The notes beneath the pieces were generated by a model. It did no database searches. It was not told where the DNA came from and worked only from the letters and a program-made list of their open reading frames with translations. Source: an uncultured Holophagae bacterium (GTDB lineage: Bacteria; Acidobacteriota; Thermoanaerobaculia; Thermoanaerobaculales; Sulfomarinibacteraceae). Taken from it: a stretch of DNA of 64,000 bases. Shown here piece by piece: positions 36,787 through 45,947 of the stretch. Within the stretch, counting starts at the first letter, position 1. Every line of letters begins with the position of its first letter. The translations under genes and the position numbers were made by a program. The stretch covers positions 299,399-363,398 of the forward strand of contig CAVQOJ010000001.1 in NCBI GenBank assembly GCA_963714385.1, in the 5' to 3' direction.

Positions 36787-38088
36787 ATGATCCACCCGAC
36801 ACGACGGAGCTTCATCAAAGGCGGCATCGCGGTCACTGCGTACGGCCTCGTCCGACCGGCGCTTGCGTCCGGCGCCGCCGACCCTGACATCCTGATGGTG
36901 GTCTTCCTTCGCGGCGGCATGGACGGCATGAGCCTGGTGCCGCCGGTTTCCGGGTCCGAGCGCAGCCTGTACGAGGCCGCGCGGCCGAGCCTCGCGGTGC
37001 CGCTGTCGGGCGACGGCGCAGCCCTGACCCTCGATGGCGGTTTCGGCTTTCACCCGGCGGCAGCGCCCCTGCTCCAGCTCTACGACAGCGGTCGCCTGGC
37101 CGTCGTGCACGCCACCGGAATGCACGATCCCACTCGCAGCCACTTCGAGGCCCAGGACTATCTCGAGCTCGGTACGCCGGGCGACAAGACCGTCGGTTCC
37201 GGCTGGCTTCACCGTCACCTGGCCACCGCCACAAACCTGCCTCAGGAGATCGTGATTCCAGCGCTCGCGTCGGGGGACTTCCAACCGTTGTCGCTGCTCG
37301 GAAGCGGCGAAACCCTGACTCTCTCCGATCCCGAGTACTTCAGCTTTGCCACCGGGCCCCGGCGCTGGAACGACGAACAGCACGAAGCCCTCCGGGCTCT
37401 CTACTCGGTCGACGCGGGCCCCGTCCATGCGGCCGGCACCCAGTCCATCAATTCGGTAGACATCGTCCAGGCCTATGTCACCGACGACTACGAACCCGCC
37501 GGTGATGCCGTTTATCCCGAGGACGACGCCGGCTCGCGATTCGAGCTCGCGGCTCAGATGATCTCCCTCGACCTCGGCATCCAGGTCGTCGCCGTCGACG
37601 TCGGCGGATGGGACACCCATAAAAACCAGGGAACCGGCTCCAGCGGTCCATTTGCAGGCCTCGTGGGTTCGGTGAGTCAGGGGCTGTCGGCCTTTCACGC
37701 CGACATGGAGGCGCGGGGATCGGCCGATCGGTTGACGGTGGTGGTCATGACCGAGTTCGGCCGGCGGCTGGGGGAAAACACCGACCAGGGCACCGATCAC
37801 GGCCACGCGGTGCCGATGTTGGTGCTGGGCAACCACGTCATCGGCGGGCTCCACGGTCAATGGCCGGGTCTCGAGCAGGGGCAGCTCTTCGAGGGTCTCG
37901 ACCTCGAGGTGACCACCGACTTTCGGCGCGTGCTGTCCGAGGTCGTCATCAAGCGCCTCGGCAACCCCAACATCTCCCAGGTCTTTCCGGGCTACGAGGG
38001 CTACAGCGCCCTCGGCGTCGTCGAGGAGCCGGATTCGCCGCCCGGCGAGAGCCCGCCGCTGCGGCCGACTGGGCGGCGGCTGCCCTGA
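36787..38088 (+). CDS. DUF1501 (sulfatase-like fold) protein with a Tat signal
   Basis: MIHPTRRSFIKGGIAVTAYGLVRPALASG has the twin-arginine motif. The DUF1501 body is DILMVVFLRGGMDGMSLVPP...GWDTH. Confidence 0.8.
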   Translation: MIHPTRRSFIKGGIAVTAYGLVRPALASGAADPDILMVVFLRGGMDGMSLVPPVSGSERSLYEAARPSLAVPLSGDGAALTLDGGFGFHPAAAPLLQLYDSGRLAVVHATGMHDPTRSHFEAQDYLELGTPGDKTVGSGWLHRHLATATNLPQEIVIPALASGDFQPLSLLGSGETLTLSDPEYFSFATGPRRWNDEQHEALRALYSVDAGPVHAAGTQSINSVDIVQAYVTDDYEPAGDAVYPEDDAGSRFELAAQMISLDLGIQVVAVDVGGWDTHKNQGTGSSGPFAGLVGSVSQGLSAFHADMEARGSADRLTVVVMTEFGRRLGENTDQGTDHGHAVPMLVLGNHVIGGLHGQWPGLEQGQLFEGLDLEVTTDFRRVLSEVVIKRLGNPNISQVFPGYEGYSALGVVEEPDSPPGESPPLRPTGRRLP

Positions 38089-38235
38089 CCCATTCCTCTC
38101 GACCGCCACCCGAAACACCTCCGTAGAAGCTCGTCGCCACCACCCGCCGGGGGCGAACCACCATTCGCCGATTTGCCCGTGACTCCTTCCTGCACGGGAC
38201 CCATGCTGGGTTCCGAAGAGCGAAAGGAGCTGAAA

Positions 38236-38658
38236 ATGGCATATCATCACCATCACAGTTTGGACGGATGCGAGTGGTGCGACGACCGCCGGGGCCTGTG
38301 GGGCTCCTTTTTCCTCGGGCTCGGGGTCTTCGTCGTCGGCATGATCCTGATCCTCGACAACTTCGGCGTTCTCGACGGCAGTGTGATCGCGCCGTACTGG
38401 CCGTTGTTGCTGGTGGCGGTCGGCGTCAGCCGTCTCGTCCGGCCCTCGTCATATCGGAAAATCGGGTGGGGGCTGTCGTGGATCGCGATCGGTGCGATCA
38501 TACTGGTGAACAACCTCGGGCTGATCGCGGTCGGAATCGGCGAGCTTTGGCCGGTGGTGCTGGTGATCATCGGCGCCAATCTCCTGCTGCGTGGGGTGGT
38601 GCGTCAAGGACACCACAACGGTGGCTGGGGGAAGTCCGGGCCCGGGAAGACCGAGTGA
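38236..38658 (+). CDS. Small membrane protein with an N-terminal His/Cys motif, paralogous to the N-terminal half of the downstream LiaF-like protein
   Basis: MAYHHHHSLDGCEWCDD, then about 4 TM helices. ILILDNFGVLDGSVIAPYWPLLLVAVGVSRLVRP matches ILLLDNFGLADVEGMFAYWPVLLILVGVSHFVRP in the next gene. AAGGAG RBS upstream. Confidence 0.6.
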   Translation: MAYHHHHSLDGCEWCDDRRGLWGSFFLGLGVFVVGMILILDNFGVLDGSVIAPYWPLLLVAVGVSRLVRPSSYRKIGWGLSWIAIGAIILVNNLGLIAVGIGELWPVVLVIIGANLLLRGVVRQGHHNGGWGKSGPGKTE

Positions 38659-38678
38659 CGGCTGGAAGGAGTCACGGC

Positions 38679-39464
38679 ATGACACGTCGAAATTCAGACA
38701 CGGCGCGGCGAGGCGACGGCGAGACGCCGCGCGAGCGCGAGAGTTGCTGTCCAGACTGCGGCTCGTGGCGCCACCACAGCTGCAACTCGAGCACGAGGCG
38801 GCGTGGATTCGGCACCGCGATCATCGGCATCGGCGTGCTCGCGGTCGGCGCGATTCTGCTCCTCGACAACTTCGGTCTCGCGGACGTCGAAGGGATGTTC
38901 GCCTACTGGCCGGTGCTTCTGATCCTGGTCGGCGTCAGCCACTTCGTTCGTCCGGCGGGCTCGCGCCGCTATCTGGCAGGCGTCATCTTCATCACCGCGG
39001 GCGCCGCCATCCTGCTCACCAATCTGGGTTACCTGAGCTTCGATATTTGGGATCTGTGGCCGGTGGTCCTGGTGATCGCCGGTCTCAGCCTGATTTTGAA
39101 GCCGTTCCGGCGAGGCTCGGTCGGCGACGACGCGAGCGTCTTCGAGGCAACCGCGATCCTCGGCGGGGCCAACCGCCGGCTGTCGGCGGCGAACTTCCAA
39201 GGCGGTGACGCCACCGCGATCCTCGGTGGCTGCGGAATCGACCTCAGGGATTGCGGCTCGGACGGTGGGCCGGCGGAGATCGACACCTTCGCCTTCTGGG
39301 GTGGGATCGACATCCGGGTCCCGGAGGACTGGGAGGTCCAGGTCCGCGGTCTCGCGATCCTCGGAGGATACGGCGACAAGACCCGCGGCACCGCCGGGGA
39401 GGGCCGCAAGCTCCTCATTGTCCGCGGCACCGCGATCATGGGCGGGGTGGAGGTCAAGAATTGA
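38679..39464 (+). CDS. LiaF-like membrane protein (TM region + C-terminal DUF2154/DUF4097 'toast-rack' domain)
   Basis: N-terminus has CCPDCGSW. A TM region follows, then the C-terminal repeat pattern ILGGANRRLS...ILGGCGIDLRD...ILGGYGDKT...IMGGVEV typical of the LiaF/YvqF C-terminal domain. GGAAGGA RBS upstream. Confidence 0.7.
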   Translation: MTRRNSDTARRGDGETPRERESCCPDCGSWRHHSCNSSTRRRGFGTAIIGIGVLAVGAILLLDNFGLADVEGMFAYWPVLLILVGVSHFVRPAGSRRYLAGVIFITAGAAILLTNLGYLSFDIWDLWPVVLVIAGLSLILKPFRRGSVGDDASVFEATAILGGANRRLSAANFQGGDATAILGGCGIDLRDCGSDGGPAEIDTFAFWGGIDIRVPEDWEVQVRGLAILGGYGDKTRGTAGEGRKLLIVRGTAIMGGVEVKN

Positions 39465-39598
39465 ACGCCGCCGCCCCAGCGAGCGGGTCGCTGCGGCCGT
39501 TGGACGTTCACCAGTTGAACGGTCGGGCGTTCCTGCAGTCTGCCCGGCAACCGGAACGGCTACCCCACGACTCGCCGAGAGATCTCTGAGGTCGTCCC

Positions 39599-40691
39599 GT
39601 GCATCCGATCCTGCTGAAGCGCCGGCGTCTCGCCCTCTACCTCGGGGCGTGGCTGCCGGTGGTAGCGTTGATGACGGCGGCGCTGATCGTCACCGGATGG
39701 GGTGGTTGGGCAGACTCTCTGGTCTTCGCCGTGCCGTTGGTGGTGATCTTCGCATTCCTCTGCCTCGCCGCGTGGTACCCGTGCGGTGCGATGCCGCTCG
39801 GCAGCAGCCGGACAACCACCGCCCTGTTGACCCACCTCGCGACGGCAGTGATCTCGGCGGCGCTGTGGGTCGGCATGGCGCGGGTGCTGGCGAGGGGGCT
39901 CGAACGGGTGGGTTGGTACCAGGGCGGGAAAGAGCTGAGCTCGGAGCAGGGTCGCCTCGTGTTCACCGTTGGGCTGCTGCTCTACCTGCTCTCGGTGGCG
40001 ATCCACTATCTGTTTGCCGCCGCCGCGGCTTCGCGCGCCGCCGAGAGGCGAGCGCTGGAGGCCGAGGTTGCCGCGCGGGACGCCGAGCTCGCCGCGCTCA
40101 AGGCGCAGCTCAACCCACACTTTCTCTTCAACAGCCTCAACTCGGTGGCGTCGCTGACGGTCACCGAACCGGCGCGGGCGCGCGAGATGTGCATTCAGCT
40201 CGGGGACTACCTCCGGCACACCTTGAACGAACGCGGCCTCAGGCTCCACCCGCTCGACAACGAGCTCGCCCAGATTCGCAGGTTCCTGGCGCGTCGAGAA
40301 GGTCCGGTACGGCGACCGCCTGCGGGTCGCGGAACGCGTGGACGAAGGCTGCCTCGAGCTCGCAGTTCCGCCCTTGCTGCTGCAGCCGTTGGTGGAGAAT
40401 GCGCTCAAGCACGGCATTGCCGAGCTCGTGGATGGCGGCGAGCTGTCGATCGGCGCGCGCCGTCGGGGCGATCGGCTGACCGTGTGGGTTCAAAACCCGG
40501 TCGATCCAGAGGCTCGACCGCGCCCCGGTGCCGGCGTCGGCCTGGCCAACGTCAGGCGGCGGCTCGAGAACGTCTTCGGCGACGAGGGACGGCTGCGACA
40601 CCTCCGAGCGGACGATTCGTATCTGGTGGAGGTGACGGTGCCGGTCGCGATCGCAGGACAGTCGCCACGGGAGGATACCGGGGATGAGTGA
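39599..40691 (+). pseudogene. LytS/YehU-type sensor histidine kinase (membrane 5TM-like region + His_kinase + HATPase_c) with a +/-1 frameshift near 40288-40295
   Basis: Frame of 39599 reads TM helices and LNPHFLFNSLNSVASL (His_kinase) up to ...LAQIRRFLA. Frame of 40338 reads EKVRYGDRLRVAERVDEGCLELAVPPLLLQPLVENALKHGI...GVGLANVRRRLE (HATPase_c). The two halves are offset by one nucleotide. Confidence 0.65.
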
Positions 40692-41433
40692 CGAGCTGCG
40701 GGTGATCATCGTCGACGACGAGGAGCCGGCGCGGCGGCTCCTGCAGAGAGTACATCGCAGACCACCCGGAGATTTCGATCGTCGCCGAGTGCGCCAACGG
40801 CTTCGAGGCCGTCAAGGCGGTGTCCGACCACGGTCCCGATCTCGTGCTGCTCGACATCCAGATGCCCAAGCTCGACGGATTCGAGGTTGCCGAGCTGCTC
40901 GAGCGCAACCTGCCGATCATCTTCGTCACCGCCCACGACGAGCACGCCCTGCGCGCCTTCGAGATCCACGCCGTCGATTACCTGCTCAAACCGGTCAGCG
41001 CCGAGCGCCTGGCAGAAGCGCTGGATCGAGCGCGCGAGCGTATCGGCCGCGGCAGACGAGATGGCGCCCGCTGGACGAGGTAGCGGCCGCCGCGCGGCCC
41101 GGACAGCGGCGGACCGAACGGATCCTGGTCCGTGACGGCAGCGAGGTTCGGGTCATCCCGGCCGACGCGATCGACTACATCGAGGCTCGCGATGACACGG
41201 TCGCGATCCACGCCGGTGGGCGGACCCACCTCAAGGCGCAGCGGTTGACGACCCTCGAGGAGGGGCTCGACCCGAGGCACTTCATTCGAGTCCACCGCTC
41301 GTTCATCATCAACCTCGATCGCCTGCGCAGCATCGAGCTCTACGCCAAGGACAGCCGGCTCGCGATTCTCGCTGACGGCACGAAGGTGCCGGTCAGCCGA
41401 TCGGGTTACGCCCGCCTCCGCGAGCTGTTGTAG
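40684..41433 (+). pseudogene. LytTR-family response regulator (REC + LytTR) carrying two compensating frameshifts
   Basis: Frame A reads MSDELRVIIVDDEEPARRLL. The REC core (EYIADHPEISIVAECANGFEAVKAVSDHGPDLVLLDIQMPKLDGFEVAELL...VDYLLKPVSAERLAEALDRARERI) is in frame A+1 (ORF 40820-41083). The LytTR domain (ERILVRDGSEVRVIPADAIDYIEARDDTVAIHAGG...FIRVHRSFIINLDRL) is back in frame A. Junctions are near 40745 and 41068. Confidence 0.65.
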
Positions 41434-41488
41434 ACGGGATCTCCGGGTCTGCCGCGACAGCCTTCCGACTGCGGGCCATCGGCAGTTG

Positions 41489-44161
41489 TCACCAGCGCGA
41501 GATGTCCCCAGATTCGAAGCCATCGCCGAAGATGCAGCCCTCGCAGGTCTCCCACGGAACGTGGATGATCATCGCGAGAGACTCCGCCTGGTTCGTACAG
41601 TTGTCCTGCGCCGACACCGTGACGGTGTAGGTCCGACCCTCGAAATTGGTGTCCGCGCGTTCCGCTCGGGCGCAGAGGATGTCGGTTTGGGCGTCGTAGG
41701 TGCAGTCGTTGATCGTGTCTCCATCTCCGTCCTGGCCCGGGTGCTCCGGGCATGGAGCGTCGTCGCACTGGTCGGATTCGCACAGGACGTCGATCGACAG
41801 CGCCGGATCGCAGATATCCGAGATGTCGAGCGAGGCGGCGAAGTCTTCGTAACAGACGTACTCATGATCGGCCACGTCGAAAACGACCTGCTCGGGCACC
41901 ACGTTGATGGTCGGCGGCGTGGTGTCGATCACCCGTACGGACGAGACCGCAAAGTCGCTGTTTCCGCACGCGTCCTGGGCGGAAAAAATGACGTTGGTCT
42001 CGGTCCCGGTGGGACGGCACCCTGACGGGAAGACCGGCGGCAGGTTGAAGCTCAGCTGGGCGTCGGAGCACGCGTCCACGGCTGTCGCCGAGTTCGCCCA
42101 GTTCTGGATGACTGGATCATTGCTTGGCACTCCCCCTGGGCCGTTGCACTCCAGGCCGACAGGATCCGGCACGTCGATGACCGGTGGGTCGAAGTCGGCG
42201 ACCGTGATCAGTTGGTCGCAGGTTGCCAGATTGCCGGCCAAATCCGAAGCGGACCAGACGCGCTCGATGGTGAACAGGATCGTGCTCGGCGGACAGTTGC
42301 CCGGCGTGAGCACATCGTTGAAACCGATTTGGGGTTCGAGGGTGCATTCGTCGGTCGCGGAGGCCTCGCCGGTGCTCGCCGGGTCGGTGGGGTCGAGGCA
42401 ACCGAGGAACTCATCGTCGGGACAGACGATCATCGGCGGGTCGAGATCGCCGCCCATCTCCGGGTCGCGGTCGTAGAAGATATCGGTATCGCCGTTTCCC
42501 GGCAGGGCGACTCCGGCCCAAACGGCGTGCGCCGTGCACTGGCCGTACGCGACACCGTTGTACTCCCCGACCCGCATCGTCATCGGTGAGCCGGGCGCAC
42601 ACCCGTCGCCGGGACAGCAAAAACGGCAGCTCGTGGCCACGGTGGTGTCGAAGACCGCGTCGTTGATCTGAACCTCTACCGACCAGGAGTTCCCGCCATC
42701 GCCGCTCCGGGTCGCATAAAGGTCGAGCTGGCTGGTGTCCGGGAACCAGTTGCGGTTGTCGTAGTAGGTGACGACGATGCTTCCGGAAACGGGATCGATG
42801 GCGGCATTCGGGAGCAGCTGGAGGGTGTCGAAAGGACCGCTGTCGACTCGGCTGGGATTGGTCCAGCTCAGACCATTGTCGTCGGAACGGACGATGTACA
42901 CGTCGGCAAAGTCGTCCACGAAGGGCGAGTCGTCAGGGTCGTCGTTTGCCACGACGTAGACTCGCCCTGCCTGAAACGGATCGGCGACAATCCATGGCTG
43001 GACTGATCCCTGAAGCCAGTAGCTCGCCCCGGGGATGCTGCCGACGAGGTGTTTCACGTTCCAGGTCATGTCGGCTTCCCCGGGTTGAAAGGCAACGCTT
43101 TTCTGCGGATACGATACCCCGCCGTCAGTTGAGCGGAGCACCAAAACCTGGCCCGAGACGCCGTCCGGTACACGCCGCGTACCAGGATCGATGAACCCCG
43201 GTTGGGAGTGGTAGGCGATGTAAACGTCGCCATTCGGGGCGACCGTGTTGTGGGCCGGCCAGGGTTTGCCCTCGCCTGTGGCCGCAGACAGCGGTCCCGG
43301 AACCGCGCCCGGTCCCGACATGGTCCACGTCTGTCCCTGATCGACTGAGTAGGCGCCGTAAACGGTCCAGTCACCACTGCCTGGTGAGTTGCCTGTGAGC
43401 TCGGTCCACACCAGGTAGAGGCGGTCCTGAAACGGGTTGCCCGGGTTGGCGTCGGCGGCGAGCCACAGCTTGTCGTTGGAGTACGTCGGCGCGGGCAGAC
43501 CGATCTGCTGGGTCGCGTTGAACGGTCCGCTGACGAGCGCCCCGGTGGTCGGGTTGTGTCTCGACACGAAGACGTCGTACCAACTGTTTCCGCTCCCGTC
43601 GGTGATGCACCCCAGATAGGCGAAGAAGAGACGCCCCTGGCTGTCATACGCCAGGCTCGGGTCGCCGCAGCCGGTGTAACCGGTCGGGAGTAGCGGCCGG
43701 AGGTCGACAGCTGCGGCGAAGTTGTCGCCGCCATCGGTCGAAACCCGCAAAAACAGGGACTGGGCCATCGCCATTCGGTCCTGGTCACCGCCGTCGACGG
43801 CGATGGTCGGCTCCCACCTGAGGCCAAGCGATGTGTCGGTACCCGGAGAATCAACGGCCGTTGGCAGCAGTGGAATCTCGCCGGCTTCCCACGGTCTATC
43901 GTCGGGCGAGCTCGCCGAGTTCTCATCTGGGGCGATGCCGATCTCGGTGCCCGTGTCGATTCCCCCGCACATGATCGGAGCGCTGGCGGGCCACTCGAGG
44001 CCGTCCCCGATTTCGGGGACGCCGGTCGACAGCGGCGTCAGGAGGATTTCCTCGGGCGGCCAACCGAAATCGCCAGCCGAGGCCAGCGCCGGCGCAAGCA
44101 GCCCGATCAAGGTGACGACCCGCGCGGTACGCCAAAACCCGGATCCAAATTGGTAATCCAT
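41489..44161 (-). CDS. Large secreted protein: BNR/Asp-box (sialidase-like) beta-propeller + C-terminal HYR/Ig-like Cys-containing repeats + truncated GFESGD-W tail
   Basis: Signal peptide ...LIGLLAPALASAG. Asp-boxes are STDGGDNF, SVDQGQTW, STDGGVSY, SDDNGLSW and SGDGGNSW. The C-terminal region has repeated D.C...PP.I blocks. It ends ...CIFGDGFESGDISRW*. Confidence 0.8.
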   Translation of the reverse strand: MDYQFGSGFWRTARVVTLIGLLAPALASAGDFGWPPEEILLTPLSTGVPEIGDGLEWPASAPIMCGGIDTGTEIGIAPDENSASSPDDRPWEAGEIPLLPTAVDSPGTDTSLGLRWEPTIAVDGGDQDRMAMAQSLFLRVSTDGGDNFAAAVDLRPLLPTGYTGCGDPSLAYDSQGRLFFAYLGCITDGSGNSWYDVFVSRHNPTTGALVSGPFNATQQIGLPAPTYSNDKLWLAADANPGNPFQDRLYLVWTELTGNSPGSGDWTVYGAYSVDQGQTWTMSGPGAVPGPLSAATGEGKPWPAHNTVAPNGDVYIAYHSQPGFIDPGTRRVPDGVSGQVLVLRSTDGGVSYPQKSVAFQPGEADMTWNVKHLVGSIPGASYWLQGSVQPWIVADPFQAGRVYVVANDDPDDSPFVDDFADVYIVRSDDNGLSWTNPSRVDSGPFDTLQLLPNAAIDPVSGSIVVTYYDNRNWFPDTSQLDLYATRSGDGGNSWSVEVQINDAVFDTTVATSCRFCCPGDGCAPGSPMTMRVGEYNGVAYGQCTAHAVWAGVALPGNGDTDIFYDRDPEMGGDLDPPMIVCPDDEFLGCLDPTDPASTGEASATDECTLEPQIGFNDVLTPGNCPPSTILFTIERVWSASDLAGNLATCDQLITVADFDPPVIDVPDPVGLECNGPGGVPSNDPVIQNWANSATAVDACSDAQLSFNLPPVFPSGCRPTGTETNVIFSAQDACGNSDFAVSSVRVIDTTPPTINVVPEQVVFDVADHEYVCYEDFAASLDISDICDPALSIDVLCESDQCDDAPCPEHPGQDGDGDTINDCTYDAQTDILCARAERADTNFEGRTYTVTVSAQDNCTNQAESLAMIIHVPWETCEGCIFGDGFESGDISRW

Positions 44162-44179
44162 GATTGAGTCCCATTCGCA

Positions 44180-44626
44180 TTATAACATCGAAATGACCGG
44201 TCGTTCAACCGAGTCGTCGAGAGAGCTTTGCAATGGGAAGGCAAGGTCGCGCGCCGATTGAAACCGGTCCTCGGGTCGCTTTTCGAGACAGCGGCTGACC
44301 ACCCGTTCGAGAGCTGCAGGCACCACCGTTCCGACCTGCGACAGCCGAGGCGGCTCCGTCAACACCTTGACGGCCACGTCCCGGTCGAGACGCTCGTCGT
44401 GAGCTCGGTACACCTCCCCCATCCCACCCGCGCCCAGCTTGGCAACAATTCGGTAATGGCCGAGCATCCTGCCGATGAGGTCATCCATGAATCCAGATAC
44501 GGTATCGCAGCTGGGTGAAACCCGATCGCCGCGAAGATCCCCGCATGTCTCTGGAAGCGCACGGTTTCTTGTCAATAGCCCGACCAGGCTTGAGGTCGCC
44601 CTTGAGTGCCAACGCCGGCTCGTCAC
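44180..44626 (-). pseudogene. Remnant of a Ser/Thr protein kinase gene with an internal deletion
   Basis: The ORF encodes kinase subdomain I-II ([35 protein letters not shown]). It then jumps straight to the subdomain XI-like end (...[24 protein letters not shown]). Catalytic HRD and DFG regions are absent. Confidence 0.5.
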
Positions 44627-44690
44627 GGCGGTATAATCTTTTCGAAATCACCAGAACACCTCTCGTTGAGGGAGCTTGGGGAGTCCGAAA

Positions 44691-45947
44691 ATGAGCGTAC
44701 GAATCGTCGCCTTGTTGACCGTGGCCGCACTCGTGGCAGGCGCCAGCCTCTGTTTCGCCGATTGGGAGGCCGGACTCGCAGCGTTCGGTCGCGGCGATTA
44801 TGAGGAGGCTGCTCGAGAGATCAAGAAGTACGTCGAAACAAACCCGACCGACCCCCGTTACGCGATCGCGTACTACATGCTCGGCAGCTCCTATGTACAG
44901 CTGGGACAAACAGAGGCTGCGGCAGATAACCTGCGTACGGCGGTCGAACTGGATCCCGGCAGGGTTGATTACCGGCTGGCTCTGGGCCAGTTCCTCATCA
45001 CGACGGGCGAGTACGTCGAGGCGGACTCGGTGCTCAACGAGCTGGAGAGCTCGGCCGTGCCCGAGGAGCAGCGGATCTCGGTGGCGCTGCTGCGCGCCAA
45101 GGCCTCACTCGAGCTGGGAGAGGCGGATGACGCCGTCGAAGTGCTCGAAGCGCTGCTGCCTACGGCCAACGACTCGGCGGATCTCCATCGGGCCCTGGGC
45201 GTGGCGCTTCTTCGAAGCAACGCACGCGAACGGGCCTTCACCGAGTTCGCCTTCGCCTACGAACTCGATCCAAGCGACTCCAACGTCGGCCGCAGCGCGG
45301 TCAATCTGGCCCTCGATCTGGCCGAGGACCAGTCGACGTCCGAGGCGAAAGAGCTCTGGCAGGTGAGAGGCTTCGAGCTCGCCGAGCTATTGGCCACGGC
45401 CGAGCCGACCCCCCGGTACATGGCTCTGGCCGGCGACGCCGCCTTCCGGGCCGGCCGATTCGAGGACGCGGCGACTTGGCTGCAAAAGGCGTACGAGGCA
45501 GATCCCGACAACCCCCTCCTCGGCTATGACCTCGGTCGCAGTCTGGCCTCGCTCGGACAATACGAGGAAGCCCTGAGGGCGCTGGCCGACGCCCTCGAGG
45601 CGCAGCGGGACGACGACCTCACGGTGCGAATCCACCGACAGATGGCGAAGATCTCCGCCTGGAACCTGGAGCTCGACGCGGCCTCTCGTCACTTTCGCCT
45701 GGCCGGGGACGAGCAGGCAGCGGCGCAGATCGGAGACCTGGCGGCGAGCTTTCGGGAAGCGCTCGACACGCGCAGGGGACTTCTGGCCAAGATCTCCGAG
45801 CTGCGCAAGATGGAGAAGGAACTCGAAGAGCTGAATGACGTCGAGGGGGTCGAAGCCGTGCGTGGACGTGCCGACGCCCTGCAGGCGGAGCTCGACGCCC
45901 TGGAGGCCAACCTCGAGACGGTTCGCCAAGCGCTGAAGAACCTGTGA
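44691..45947 (+). CDS. Secreted TPR-repeat protein with a C-terminal coiled-coil
   Basis: Signal-like MSVRIVALLTVAALVAGASLCFA. Multiple TPR-like repeats (YAIAYYMLGSSYVQLGQTEAAADNLRTAVELDP ...). The C-terminus is ELRKMEKELEELNDVE...LQAELDALEANLETVRQALKNL. Its stop overlaps the next gene's GTG start. Confidence 0.7.
   Translation: MSVRIVALLTVAALVAGASLCFADWEAGLAAFGRGDYEEAAREIKKYVETNPTDPRYAIAYYMLGSSYVQLGQTEAAADNLRTAVELDPGRVDYRLALGQFLITTGEYVEADSVLNELESSAVPEEQRISVALLRAKASLELGEADDAVEVLEALLPTANDSADLHRALGVALLRSNARERAFTEFAFAYELDPSDSNVGRSAVNLALDLAEDQSTSEAKELWQVRGFELAELLATAEPTPRYMALAGDAAFRAGRFEDAATWLQKAYEADPDNPLLGYDLGRSLASLGQYEEALRALADALEAQRDDDLTVRIHRQMAKISAWNLELDAASRHFRLAGDEQAAAQIGDLAASFREALDTRRGLLAKISELRKMEKELEELNDVEGVEAVRGRADALQAELDALEANLETVRQALKNL

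Noticed and set aside
36160-38256. 698-aa minus-strand ORF
   Set aside because: Antisense to the DUF1800 and DUF1501 genes.
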